A stretch of DNA of 64,000 nucleotides from Mobula hypostoma (GCF_963921235.1 NC_086097.1:119538001-119602000); one strand, 5' to 3'; numbered from the stretch's first letter, positions 10,600-23,595 are shown. Translations and numbers: made by a program. The notes: generated by a model not told the origin, from the letters alone.

Positions 10600-12150
10600 T
10601 TTGAACTACCAGTAAGCTGCCACATGCCTTCGGTAGCGTTATCTTAAATCATAAATACACCTGTGAACAACTACAGGGAGCTTGCTAAAGTGGCCGACAG
10701 TCTACACTCAGCCAGGCAGAGACACACTATTCCTCCTCCTTTCACTGTCTCAATGAGCCTGCTCAGTAGGGCTCTCAACACACACATGCCCATGGCTGTG
10801 AAGCAGACAACTCTGGGTCTGTGCTTTTACCACGCTTGCCAGGAAGTGCCAACCATCTTACAGCTTCAAGAGTGCCAGTCCATCGTGACGTCAGAGGTCT
10901 GTGTAGGTTCCAGCTGCCAGGGTTGTCTACTGTTCATTAAAAACACCCTTTCGGGGCATTGCTTCTTGTGTGACGTGTACTCAAGTGAGTTTGCTGTCAG
11001 CATCGCCTATTGATCAGAAGGCAAAGAGCAATGAAACCTCACTGGAGGCTGCCAACAACAGCAGGATCCAGACCTTGGGGACACAATGTGTGCCGCTCTG
11101 CTTCAGTAGGCGATGTCACACGTGGGACTTCATCCTGCCTAAAGTGGCTTGACCTCTTCACGGTGCAGATTTCCTGTAAGCACAAAGATTATTGGTTAAT
11201 CTTAAGAGGACTGCTGGCTTGTGGATATCAAGATCTTTGGGCCGTTACCCTCCTCCCCCAGTAAGTTCCCCACAACAACTCTGTCAAGCACGTACACCGC
11301 TACGTGTGAGTTGGTGGCCACAAACGTGGATCAGGTGTTCATTGGCACCTGGGCTGCGATGGCCAAGAACACCACAGCATATCAACCACAGTCCAACAGA
11401 CTGTCCAAGTAGTTTCACCACTCCTTAATGGCTGCTCTGATGGCTTCCCTGAGGGAGTGTTGGCATGATCTTGTCCCATGGGTCCTGCTGGGGCTCAGGA
11501 CAGCTCCAAAGGAGGACTTGTAGTCATCCACAGCAGAGCTGGTATCTGGACAGCCATTACGAATGCCAGGTGATTTTATTCCTGATGCCACCACTGCCAG
11601 GTCGGCCTCTCAGCAGCGCTCAGCCCTCCTCAGTAAATTCAATTCCTTTGCACCGATTCCTACTTTCCATCATGCAGTACAGCACTCTTGGGTTCCCGTT
11701 GACCTATACTCCAGCTTGCTCATTTCTGTCCGGCATGATGCACACCACCATCCCCTTAGGCCCCCTTATGGTGGCCCGTTCCATGTTTTAGAATATCTGA
11801 ATGTTTTCGGTAGATCGCCTTAAACCGGCCCAGTAAGTGTTGGAGGATTCTCCGACCATGCCCCTGGCATCACAACATGACCATGAGCCTGTCAACACAC
11901 TTTTGGACAAGCCAGGTGGCCTCTCCGAGCCCCAGATAGGCTCACAATGCTGGTTCTGGTGAATTCTGGGGGTGGGGGCAGCAGGGATCTGTGTAAGGGA
12001 TAGAAGCACATGCATAATTCACAACTACCAACATTAAGTTGGGGTTCACTGTAAGAGGCAAGCCTGATGTGATAATGTAATGACATGAACTTTCTTTTTA
12101 CTGGACTTTATGCTCTGGGTTTGGTTGACAATAAAGGGGTTGCTATAATG
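10600..12150 (+). mobile_element. Internally deleted Ty3/gypsy element (gag/protease joined to integrase C-half, PPT, LTR remnant)
   Basis: GLCFYHA, LEAANNSRIQTLG (protease), TTAYQPQSN, LRPPYGGPFHVLE (GPY/F), VDRLKPA; G-rich PPT near 11967; no RT motifs. Confidence 0.78.
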
Positions 12151-12204
12151 TTGCCATGTGTCTGGAACAAACATAGCATTACCACAGCTCACTAACTCTA
12201 ACTC

Positions 12205-12320
12205 ATACATCTTTAGACCGTGGGAGAAAACCGGACCTCCCGCAGGAAACCCACGTGGTCTGGCAACAAATTACAATCTCCGTACAGGCGGCAGTGGGAA
12301 GAGAACCACTCCTCCCGCTG
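12205..12320 (-). mobile_element. tRNA-derived SINE fragment (V-SINE/HE1-like)
   Basis: Reverse complement matches the GACC.CGTGGGTTTCC...GGTTTTCTCCCAC body of the SINEs at 23285 and 28893. Confidence 0.6.
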
Positions 12321-12334
12321 GACAACGGAAACGC

Positions 12335-12473
12335 AGAATTCAGAATCAGAAAATGCATTAGAATCAGGTTTAATATCACTGGCATATGTAGTAGAATTTG
12401 TTGTTTTGCGTCAGCAATACCTTCCAATACATAATAATAAAACTATACATTACAATGAGAAATATACTATATA

Positions 12474-12508
<35 letters not shown>

Positions 12509-13730
12509 ATTAAGTATGTAGGCAAAAAGAAAGCAAACATTGGTGAGGTAGTGTTCGTGGATTCATTGTGCCTTCAGAAATCTGATGGTCGAGAGGAAGA
12601 AGCTATTCCTGAAGCACAAAGTGTGTGTTTCACTTGTTGGTAGCAATAAGAAGAGGGCATGTCCTGGGTGATGGAAGCAATTAATGACGGATGCCAGCTC
12701 TTTGAGGCATCTCCTTTTGAAGATGTCCTTGAAGCTGGGGAGGCCAGTCCATGCAGATTTTTCTGATTGTAAGTAGTGACCCTTCCTTACATAATGGTGA
12801 TGCAACCAGGTAGGATGCTCTCCATGGTACATTTGAAGAAATATTTAATGACATGCCAAGTCTTTTCAAACTCCTAATGAAATTTAGCCACTGTCATATC
12901 TTCTTTGTAATCGCATCAGAATGCTGGGCCCAGGATCGATCTTCAAAGATGTTGACAGCCAGGAACTTGAAGCTGCTCACCCTTTCCACTTCTGATCCCT
13001 TGACGTGTTCCCTTGACTTACCGTTCCTGAATTCCACAATCATTTCTGTGGTCTAACTGATGTTGAGTTCAAGGTTGCTGCTGCGACACACTCAACCAGC
13101 TGATCTACCTCATTCCTGTATGCCTCTTCTTCGCCATCTGAAATTTTACCAACAATAGTTGTGTCATTGGCAAATTTATAGATGGCATCTGAGCTGTGCC
13201 TGACCACACAGTTATGGGTTACAGAGAGTAGAGCAGCGAGCTAAGCACGCATCTCTGGGGTGTGTCAGTGTTGACTGTCAGCCAGCAGGAGATGTTATTT
13301 CTGATCTGTACTGACTGTGGTCTCCCAGTGAAGAAGTCAAGGATTCAGTTGCAGAGGGAAGCACAGAGGCCCAGGATCTGGCCCTTGTTTATGAGAACTG
13401 AGAGTATGATAGTGTTGAATGCTGAGCTGTATCAATAAACAGCAACCTGACACAGGTTTTCCCATTGACCAGGCGGTCCAAGGCCGAGTGGCGACCCAGT
13501 GAGATTTTATGCACTGTACAGCGATTATGGCGATGGGCCAATTGCATCGTGTCCATGTCCCTGCTGAGGCAGGAGTTGATTCTAGCCATGACTGATCTCT
13601 CAAAGCACTTTATCGCAGTGAATGTGAGTACACCAGGGTGATAGTCACTGAGGCAGTTTACCCTTTTTCTTGGACACCCTTTTGAAGCAGGTGGAAACTT
13701 CCAACTGCAGCAGTGAGAGATTGAGGATGT
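12335..13730 (-). mobile_element. Degenerate Rex1/Babar LINE (RT and 3' UTR)
   Basis: LSDYHPGVLTFTAIKCFER, VRLLFID, HHPGHALFLLLP motifs on the minus strand. Confidence 0.8.
12468..12507. repeat. (TA)n(TG)n(TA)n microsatellite
   Basis: Directly visible. Confidence 0.95.
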
Positions 13731-14029
13731 AAAGTTCAAAATTAAAAGTAAATTTATTATCAAAGTACATATATGTTACTATATTGTCACAATATAATAC
13801 CTTGAGATTTGTCTTCTTGCAGGCATTCAGATAAGAACAAAGAAATACAATAAAATGAATGAAAAATTACACAAAGACTGACATAGTATCAATCTGCAAA
13901 ACAGGACAAAATTTGCAAATACAATATAATAAATAAAATCAGCAAATGAATCCAATTTATTATTTATCTTCATTTTCACAGACGTATGTGCCTTTTCACA
14001 GCATGAAGCAAACACTCTGGCTAATAGAG

Positions 14030-14320
14030 GAGACAGCAACAGAGGGTGGGAGGTGATAGCTGGAGGTAACAAAGGTCTGCAGATAAGAAAACCTGACAGG
14101 AAGGGAAGATGGAGAATAGATTCAGATAAGAAAAGTGAAGTAGACAGATGGTCTAGGGGTGCCAGTGGAAGGGGTGTGAATGATGGGTGAAGAGGGGCTG
14201 GGATGGTGGGGAGTGTGTTACAGAAACTCAGTAGATCCATGGGAGAATGAATGGAGTGGCAGTAGATTACCTGAAATCGGAGACTTTACTATTCATGCCA
14301 TTGGGTTGTAGACTACCCCA
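14030..14320 (-). mobile_element. Degenerate Penelope-like fragment (endonuclease end and pyrimidine-rich UTR)
   Basis: Minus strand GGGTAGTCTACAACCCAATGGCATGAA matches the Penelope GSLQPxGMN end at 35960 and 51640. Confidence 0.6.
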
Positions 14321-14614
14321 GCTCCTGAGACACTAAACCCATAACTTCTACCATCTGGAAGAAGAAGCAACAGAAACATGGGAACACCATCAGTAGGAAG
14401 TTATCATAAATTTGGACCAACCATCAGTCCAATTATTTGGAAGCAATCAACAACCTGATTTATCCAATCACAATTAGAAGGCTTTCTAAAATCTTTCCGG
14501 TCAAGATGTGCCTATGTATAATGCTCCTTTGGTCAACATCTTCTGGATAGATCATGAAACCATCTTGTTTTCACTTCCTTTATGTCTTCTACATTTGTTT
14601 CTCCTCTTGAATGT

Positions 14615-15787
14615 GATTATGAAACTGTTGAAGCCTGTGCTTCACTGTTTGGAAATCATTTGGGTGCTTCAGTGCTCTGCAGGTTCTGAGAGGATTCTGG
14701 GAGACAGAGGCAGTGTGAGCGAACCTTGTGGCAAGAAGGCTGTGGGATGACGTGTGAGCTGATGCTTGATCCCATTTCACAGATTATAGCTTTCATTGTT
14801 CACCAATTTAAGCTTCCATTGTTCATCGATTAAAACGATGAGGGAGATTGAAACATCAAGGTGAGTGTGGAAGTTTGGAGATCATTTGGGTGTTCCAGCA
14901 CTTTTCAATCTCTGAGAGGATTGCGGGAGGCAGGGACAGTGTGTGGAAACTCGTGGTGTGCAGGCTGCAGGAAAGGACGCAAGCTGATGTTTGGCTCCAC
15001 CAATTAAAACTCCTGTTGTTTGCTGATTAAAGCAAGAAGGCAGATTGAAGCATCAAAGTGAGTGTGGCTGGGTGAGTACCAGCTGCCTTTCTTTTGATCG
15101 CTCTGTACTGGAGAGGAAAAGGTCTACTGCTAGGCCTGAAGAGTGTTCTCCAGGTTTTTCTGCATTTTGGCTTTGGATTTGGACCTTGGTCTATAGACTC
15201 GATTTTTTAGTCTTACAGTTTTTATATGATGAGTCTGTTTTTCACCTGATCTTCTTGTTTTTTTTTGTGTGGGGTGGGGGATGTAGTGGTCGATGTGCTT
15301 GATCGTTTCATTTGTTTTTTTTTTGTGCGGGAAGAGGGATTTGGAGAGTCAATGTGCTTGATCCATTTTGTTTGTTTCTCTGTGTGGGAGGGGGATGTGG
15401 GGGATCGATGTGCCTGATCTGTTCTGTTCGTTTTTTTGTGTGGGAGAGGGATGTGGGGTTTATGTCACTGATCCATTTTGTTTGTTTCTTTGCGCGGGAG
15501 AGGGATGTAAGGGTTGATGTGCCTGATTTGTTTTCTTTGCTTTTTCTTGTGTGGGAGGAGGGATTTGGGAGTCAATGTGCATGATCTGTTTTGTTAGTTT
15601 TTTTTGTTAGACGGAGCAACTTGGGGGCCTGATCCATTCTGTTTGTTTTTCTTGCGCGGGAGATGGCATTTGGGGATTGACAATCATGCTGCCTTTTTTT
15701 CTTTCTTGGTTTCATGGCTACCCAGAAAATTGAAGAATTTCAGAGTTGTATACTTTGATAATAAATGAACGTTTGAACCTTTGAATC
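14615..15787 (+). mobile_element. Non-coding retroelement with dimeric 5' part, internal minisatellite and Rex1-like tail
   Basis: Two diverged units of about 200 bp (14650-14870, 14877-15068); ends GATAATAAATGAACGTTTGAACCTTTGAA. Confidence 0.6.
15245..15685. repeat. Minisatellite of about 55 bp, about 8 units
   Basis: Unit CYTGATC-(T-rich)-GTGTGGGAGAGGGATKTGGGG-GTYRATGTG repeated. Confidence 0.85.
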
Positions 15788-16014
15788 TATCTTTAATTTG
15801 TTTTCCAGTTCTCATATACTACATATAGCCATTTTTCCCAGCTCATTGCACTTCCTCTTGGCATGCACACTGGATGAAAGTGAACACAATCTGAAAGCAC
15901 CTTACAGGTTCTACATTGCAATTCACTTAACCTCATTTCATGAGACTTTGGTTACTCTTTGCCTGCAAAATCCTCCTCCTGAGCCCATCCCTTCCATTTA
16001 CATTTGATCTATCT

Positions 16015-16380
16015 CACTACTGCCTCCAGGTGGGAGGTGCAAGAGTCTCGGGACAAATGCCAACAGATTTGGGAGCAATTGTTGCCATGCAGTCATCAGG
16101 GTCCTGGCCCGGCTTCACTCACCACAGTGCTGATCTGACACCACAGCCACACTTTCGGGGTCTCTGCAGCTCACATTCTCACTATTACTTATGTTTTTTT
16201 TTATTATTTGCACAATTCATCCTCTTTCGCACATTGGATTATTGTCAGTCTTTGCTATGTGTGGCTTTCATGGATTACATTGTTTTCCTGTGAGTGTCTG
16301 CCTGCAAGAAAATAAATCTCAAGGTTGTATGTAGTATACATACCTTGATAATAAATTTACTTTGGGCTTTGAACTTTGAG
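16015..16380 (+). mobile_element. Rex1-like 3' remnant
   Basis: LLPxGGRCKS-like end; AATAAATTTACTTTG...CTTTGAACTTTGA tail. Confidence 0.65.
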
Positions 16381-16639
16381 TAACTAAATCAGGGAAATAG
16401 TTAGAACTGGACTACCTTCATATGTAATCATTCAATACAGGAAGAAGATTGATTCTTTCAGTAGGCAGGTTGAGGACTGTCAAAATACTATCAGTTCAAA
16501 ATAAAATTTCCTTCAAGCAATTATTCCAACAAACAATACTTCACCACGGGGCTGACTAAACCTGACAGCCATCTGCTGACAAACATGAATTCCAAGCCAT
16601 GCCAAGGTTCATATCATCATGCAGACCCTGGTGTGAAAC

Positions 16640-16883
16640 TTATCAAATATTGAAAGGCCTAGATAGAGTGAAGAGAATGTCCAACAGTGGGAGCATCTAG
16701 GACCAGAGGGCACACCCTCAGAATAGAATAACATCTCCTTTAAAACAGAGATGACAAGAAATTTCTTCAGCCAGAGATTTGTGAATATGGAATTTCTGTA
16801 CAAAGATGGCTGGTGGCCAAATCATTGGGTATATCCAAAGCAGAGACTGATAGGTTCTTGATTAGTCAGGGCATCAGATGTTA
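16640..16883 (+). mobile_element. CR1 3' fragment
   Basis: Degenerate KGLDRV...NFFSQR.VN.WN coding end. Confidence 0.7.
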
Positions 16884-18100
16884 ATAGAACATAGAACATA
16901 AAATATTACAGCATAGGAACAGGCCCTTTGGTCCACAATATTGTACCAAACCAATTAAATTATTATTCAAATAGCCTACTAAAGTAACCTCTTTTGCCAA
17001 CACAATGTCCATATCCTTTCATTTTCTTCACATTCATATGCATATCTAACTGTCTCTTAGAAATCCCTAATGTATCTGATTATCACCAGCCCAGGCAGCG
17101 CATTCCAGGCAACCACCATTCTCTGTGCAAAAAACTTGCCCCTCACATCTCTTTTGAATTTACCCCTTCTCATCTTAAATGCATGCCCTCTGGTTTTAGA
17201 CATTTCAACCTCGGGAAAAAGATAATGTCTGTCTATGCCTCTCATAATCTTATAGTCTTCTATCAGATCTCCCCTCAGCCTCTGCAGCTCCAGAGAAAAC
17301 AGCCAAGTTTTCCCACCCTCTCATTGTAGCACATGCCCTCTAAACCAGGCAGCATCCTGGTGTTGTGACTATCAGTGAAAACCACTGCAGAGACAAGCAG
17401 CTGGCAGTATGAACGTCTTTATTTAGCACACACAAGCTGGCCGCATTTAGAGTCACTCTGGAGAGAGGCTCCCTGACCTACCGTTACATCACACTTCTGT
17501 GTGCAAACAATGAAAAGAACATCAGAAATAATTTCTATAGTTACAATGCATTCACAATGCTTCCTTTGAGTTACACAAAATTTTAAGCAACTAGATCTTC
17601 ACATTAACACACCCAAAATGAGTGTTAATCACTGCTGTCTCTGAGCTGCAGCCATGCTCATGCAGACATCTCAGGTGAATGGTGTGTTTCCTCGTTTGCA
17701 ACTGACCTCAGTCTGCAGCTCCCGGAAAACCATTGTTCGAAACTGCATTTTAAATTCAACCTACAGTCCACATTTCGATCAGAAGTATGGGGGTTGCTGT
17801 TGAAATTAATATTTGCTACATTCCAGAATAGGCTCTAACACTGGTAAACCTCTTCTGTACGCTCTCCAAAACCTCAACAACCTTACTATATTGGGGCAGC
17901 CAGAACTGTATGTTGTACTCCAGATGCAGCCGAACTGGAATTTTATAAAACTGCAATATAACTTCCTGACTTATAAACTTAGTGCCTCGAATAATAAAAG
18001 TAATCATGTTGTATGTCTTCTCAACCAGCCTATCAACATGTGTAGCCACTTTTAAGGACCCATGAAACTGAACCCCAAGATCCCTCTGCTCAACAGCACT
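16884..18100 (-). mobile_element. CR1 3' portion interrupted by a solo LTR
   Basis: TRGHAFK...FFAQRMVVAWNALP, RDLGV, HLEY motifs; (ATAGAAC)n tail. Confidence 0.85.
17361..17840 (-). mobile_element. Solo LTR (480 bp)
   Basis: TGTT...AACA termini; 4-bp TSD CTGG (17357-17360 and 17841-17844); removing it restores the CR1 sequence ATCCTGGTAAACC. Confidence 0.85.
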
Positions 18101-18126
18101 GTTGTTTTTTTTAATGTCGTGTGTCA

Positions 18127-19985
18127 ATTATTTGGATGACTGAATTGGTGGCTTTGTGGCCAAGTTTGCAGATGATACAAAGATAGATGGTGGGGCAGGA
18201 ATGGTCAAGGAAGCAGGAAGGCTGCAGAAAGACTACGGCAGAGTAGGAGAAGGGGCTGTTACGAGAATACACATAAAATTAAGATGTTTGCTGGCCTGGG
18301 CTAGCATCAGTGGCATCAGCAGTTGGTCTGCCACCTGCCCTCAGGGGAAGGAGAGATAAGAGCAGCGTCTGGATATAGAGAAGGAGAGATAAGAGCAGCG
18401 TCTGGAGATGTGTAATGAGGGGATGTGGGAGGAAGAGCTGTCTGGAGCGGCTCCCCCTTTGAACCCTGAACTGTTTGAAGTGATGGACAGGCGATACCCC
18501 AGCAGGGGGATAAAAAGGGACAGGTTCGCTAAGACAGACACACACGCCACCCGAGGTAACGAGACCCTGGAAGCGGTGCGCTTCTCACGAGTGGGTGAGA
18601 AGTACCAGACAACGACAAGGGTGGAAAGGTACGATCAGCGGGAACCCGGTGTGTGTCCGCCCTTGCCTGGGTGCCGGGTTCACTGCAGAGGATCGACCGC
18701 ATCTGGAGGAGGGGTCACAGTCGGTGACCTCAGGTGACATCACCAAGGACCCGCCCAAATGCTGTTTGTGAGCCATCCCGCTGGTCTGTGAGTGAAGCAG
18801 TGTTCTGAATGATCAGTTGTTCCTATTCTGTCTCTCTTCCCCCACCTTGTCCATCGCCATGGCAACGATTACTGCGAACTGAACTACAAACTGGACTGAA
18901 CTTTGAGTCATTTTGAAATTGGTCATTTACCCCTAGACAACGATAGAGCTTGATTGATGCTGTTATCTTAATTCTGTGCACATGTGTGGTTATCATTGTT
19001 GAATTGTTGCATTTATTATCCTTTCGATTACTGTGTTGCTTGTTTCTTTAATAAAACTTTCTTAGTTCTAGTACTCCAGACTCCAACTGAGTGATCCATT
19101 TCTGCTGGTTTGGCAACCCAGTTACGGGGTACGTAACAGGGCAAAGAAGTGTTAGATGGAATATAGTGTCAGGAAGTGTATGGGCAGCCTCTTTGGTAGA
19201 AGGAATAAAGTGAAGACTATTTCCTAAACGGGGAGAACATTCAAAAATCTGAGGTGCAAAGGGACTTGAGAGTCCTCGTGAAGGATTCCTTAATGGTTCA
19301 TTTGCAGGTTGAGTCAGTAGTGAGGAAAGTAGTGAGGCAATGTTAGCATTCATTTTGAGAGGACTAGAATATAAAGCAAGTTTATAATGTTTTTTAAAGC
19401 ACTGCTGAGGCCCCACTTGGCGTATTATGAATAGTACTGGGCCACTTACCTAAGGAAGGATATGCTGATATTGGAGAGGGTTCAAAAGGGGTTCACAAAG
19501 ATGAATCTATGAATCTGAGAATGAAAAGGTTATCATATGAGGAGCATTTGATGGCTCTGGGTCTGTACTCAGTGGAAATTAGATGAATGCTGGGGGGGTG
19601 GGAGGGCGATCTCATTGAAACCGATCGAATGTTGAAATGCCTAGATATAGTAGATGTGGAGATGATGCTTCTTCCTTTAGTGGGTGAGTCGAGGACCAGA
19701 GGGCACAAACTAAGAAAAGAAGGACGTCCACTGACAATGGAGATGAAAAGGAATTTCTTTAGCTGGAGGGTGGTAAATCTTTGGTATTTATTTCCACAGG
19801 CAGTTGGTCATTAGGTGTATTTAAAGCAGAAGTTAATAGGTTCTTGATCAGGTAGGGCATCAAAGGTTTCATGGGAGAAGGCAGAGGAATATGGTTCAGA
19901 AGGAAATGGATCAGTTATGATGAAATGGTAGAGAATACCCGAATGGATGAAAGGCCTAATTCTGCTGCTATGTCTTATGGTATTA
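18127..19985 (+). mobile_element. 5'-truncated CR1 interrupted by a solo LTR
   Basis: AKFADDTKI, ESRTRGHKL, NFFSWRVVNLW; TCTTATGG end. Confidence 0.85.
18257..19138 (+). mobile_element. Solo LTR (882 bp, young-looking)
   Basis: Perfect 7-bp terminal inverted repeat TGTTACG...CGTAACA; 4-bp TSD GGGC; AATAAA at 19050-19055; internal 26-bp duplication. Confidence 0.92.
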
Positions 19986-20049
19986 GGGTCTTGAAACTTA
20001 ACAGTGTACTGACTCTTTACATTTGACCCATCAGAGTTCAATAATTGAC

Positions 20050-20920
20050 ATTTGGCCAGGTTAACCTCTATCTGCCATTTCTTTGCCTACATCAGCAAAT
20101 GATTTATATCCTGATGTATTCTTTGCCAGTCTTTTACTCTACCCACAATACCACTAGTCTTTGTATCATCTGCAAACATACTTACACACCCATCTACATT
20201 TTCACCCAGGTCATTTATATACATCACAAACAGCAGAGGTCCCAGTACAGATCCCTATGAAGCACCACTAATCACAGAACTCCAACTAAAATAACTCTCT
20301 TGGACCACTACCCTGTGTCTTCTATAGGCAAGTCAGTTCTAAATCTAAATGGCCAATTTACCGTGGATTCTATGCATCTTAATCATCTGGATGACCCTCC
20401 CATGACGGCCTGATCAAACACTTTACCAAAATCCATGTAGACAACATTCGCAGCTTTCCCTTCAACAATCACACTCATCACTTCATCATAAAACTCAATC
20501 AAGATCGTAATGCACGATTTGCCCTGCCAAACCCTTGCTAGCTCTCTCTAATTAGACCATGGTTTTCCAAATGCTCATAAATCACATCACTAAGAATAAT
20601 TTCTAGTATCTTACCTATCACTGATGTGAGAAAATGATGTGGAGAAGAGTAAACGGTCAATGTTTCTGGCTGAGATGGGTCTTGCTGAAGGGTCTCGGCC
20701 CAAAACGCGACTGAACTCTTTTCCATAGATGCTGCCCGGACTGCTGAGTTCCTCCAGCATTTTGTGTGCATTGCTTAGAAATTCACTAGTCCTCCGGGAC
20801 TTCACCTGTGGCTAGAAAAAACGTGAGATATTGGTCAAGCGCCCACCAATCTCTTCTCATGTTCTTCTCAATAAACTGAGATATATTCCATCAGGCCATG
20901 GGAATTATCCGCCTTAATGC
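20050..20920 (-). mobile_element. Degenerate CR1 RT fragment
   Basis: LTSVIGKILEIIL..IYEHLENHGLIRES and MFADDTK on the minus strand. Confidence 0.75.
20640..20778 (+). mobile_element. Penelope-derived short element with degenerate hammerhead and inverted 5' arm
   Basis: TTGCTGAAGGGTCTCGGCCCAAAACGCGACTG preceded by a short reverse-oriented copy. Confidence 0.7.
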
Positions 20921-22247
20921 TCTTACATTAAGGTGGATTCAGGGCGAAGTCAGGTGTAAAGAAAGAGTTAAATTTGATTCCTTCATGGTATCAGCTTTAA
21001 GTAAAATGAAAGTTTGTATGACAAAATGCTGTTAGCCTAGAAGTGGGATGTTTTCAGAAAGTAAAAGAAATACAGCCTTGAAAGTAGATAATACTGAATA
21101 CACGTTTGGCTGGGGTAGCTGAGGTCATTGTGCAGGAGCAGGTATCATGGGAATGTACTGAGGTAAAAGTTATGTGCTAGAGTTTTGAAGGGATCATGAA
21201 GGGTGTGAAAAGGGGCACTTTCTTTGTGCAAAAGGGGAATCTTTTCCCAGGCTAGGACACGACCAGGGCAAGTGCGAAGATGTGGAGGAGATCAGGATGT
21301 CGAGAGGGTGAGAGAAGGAATGAGAACGTGGCATGAAAGGTTGTCAGATCTGTAGTTCCCTGCAGCAATCTGCAGATCTGCTCACTTAGTGGAGGATAAG
21401 TTTTAGTTTGTTTTCTGTGCTACGACCTCATTATTCATTTGTTTATCTTTCTGTTTTGTGTGCTTTATATAACTATGATAAAGTGATTTCTTGTGGTTTA
21501 ATATGTACAGTGACTCCTTTGCTTGCAAATATCTTGACCTGCTGAATCAGTAAGGAACACAGAACGAACTTTGAAAATATTTTCCATTACGGCAGGAGAA
21601 AGGGTTTGAGATGGAAAATAAATCAGCCATGGTCAAATGGTGGAGCTGAATGGGGCAATTCTGCTCCTATGTCTTATGGTCTTATTAAAGAGTTCAAGAA
21701 TGATGCAGCAGGGGAGGCATTGATACTCACTCTGTCCCCCTCAAGTTCTAGCACTGAAACCAGGAACCAGATTGGGATAGAGGACATTGTAAGGAGAAAT
21801 GATTAAGTGAGGCTTGATGCACAAGTAAGAAGAAGAGGAGCAGAGACGTGGTCTGCAAATGCCATCACAAGCTTTCTGTCTAACAGCTATTCTTTGGAAT
21901 GAACCCATAGCTAAGCAGTTCACAGCAACATTGATCTTCACTTCTACGGGCAGATGAGTGCAAACAAGGGAAAGTTTCACCTTCAGAAGGTGACAGTTCT
22001 CTGTTAATACAAACTTACAGAACCTTTTGGATTTAATTTTCTTGGGACAGTTCCCGGTGGAAGCATGCATTCTCAGTGGATAGAGTCACATTACATCAAC
22101 CCTAGTCAAAGTATTCTGGACTCTTAACTTAACTCCTTCTTCTGCTTACTGGTCATGATGAAGATTCTCTAGGACTATATCTGAAGTTTTTCCTATAAAA
22201 GTGTTTCATTCCAAAATGCAACTGAAAATTTAGAGGTGTTGAAGCTT

Positions 22248-23240
22248 CATAAGAACATAAGAAATAAGAGCCATCTGTCCCATCGAGCCTGCTCTGCCAT
22301 TCAATAAGATCGTGGCTGATCTAGTCATGGACTCATCTCCACCCATTGCCTTTTCCCCATCACCCTTAATTTCCCTACTGTGCAAAAATCTATCCAATCT
22401 TGTCTTAATTATATTTACTGAGGTAGCCTCCACCACTTCACTGGGCGCAGAATTCCACAGATTCACCACTTTGAGAAAAGCAGTTCCTCCTCATCTCCAT
22501 CCTAAATCTACTCCCTCAAATCTTGAAGCTATGTCTCCTAGTTCTAGTCTCACCTATCAGTGGAAACAACTTCCCCGCCTCGATCTTATCTATCCCTTTC
22601 ATAATTTTATATGTTTCTGTAAGATCTTGTCTCATTCTTCTGAAGTCCAGTGAATACAGTCCCAGGTGACTCAACCCGTCTTCATAATGTAACTCCCTCA
22701 TCACTAGAAACAACCTGGTGAACCTCCTTTGCACCAACTCCAAAGCCAGTACATCTCTCCTCAAGTAAGGAGACCAAAACTGCATGCAGTACTCCAGGTG
22801 CAGCCTTACTAGTACCCTGTACAGTTGCAGCATAACGTCCCTGCTCTTAAGTTCAATCCCTTTAGCAATGAAAGCCAACATTCCATTTGCCTTCTTGATA
22901 GCCTGCTGCACCTGCAAACCAATCTTTTATGATTCATGCACAGGCATTCCCAAATCCCTCTGCACAGCAGAATGCTGCAATTTTTTATCATTTAAATAAT
23001 AATCTGCTCTTCCATTTTTCCTTCCAAAGTGGATGACCTCGCATTTACCAACAGTGTACTCCATCTGCAAGACCCTTGCCCACTCACTTAACCTATCTAT
23101 ATCTCTCTGTAGACTCTCCGTATCTTCTGCACAATTTGCTTTTCCACTCAATTTAGTATCATCAGCAAACTTGGAGACATTATACTCAGTCCCCTCTCCC
23201 AGACTGTTAATTTATATCGTGAACGGTTGCGGGCCCAGCA
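22248..23240 (-). mobile_element. CR1 3' kilobase
   Basis: SKFADDTKL, QRDIDRLSEWA, LVRLHLEYCMQFWSP; (CATAAGAA)n tail. Confidence 0.9.
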
Positions 23241-23284
23241 CACTGCTCAGCACTGAGCTTCAATTCTTTGACGTGTGCAGATGC

Positions 23285-23595
23285 ATAGTAGTTAGCATGA
23301 AGACATTACAGTGCCAGTTGTCACTGATTGGGGTTCAGTTCCCTCCATTGTCTGTATGGGGTTTGAATTTTCTCATTGTGACCACATGCACTTCATCCAG
23401 GTGCTCTGTTTTCTACCCCCATTCCAATAGTGTACAGTTAGGGTTAATGAGTTGTGGGCATGTTATGTTGATGCCAGAAGCATGCCAGCACTTGTGGGCA
23501 CAATCCTCACTCATTTGATTTGATGCAAGTGGTGCATTTTACTGTATGTTTCAATGTTTCTACGTACATTGGGAAAACAAAGGTAATCTTTTATC
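23285..23595 (+). mobile_element. tRNA-derived SINE (V-SINE/HE1-like)
   Basis: GGTTCAGTTCCC B-box-like motif; body matches 28893-29215. Confidence 0.65.

Noticed and set aside
15245..15685. Repeat array as a possible CRISPR
   Set aside because: Contiguous degenerate units with no unique spacers and no cas genes, in a vertebrate context.
21731..22192. Minus-strand GT/AG micro-exon candidates (LELEGDR, KTSDIVLENLHHD)
   Set aside because: No consistent phase chain or recognisable protein; expected by chance.
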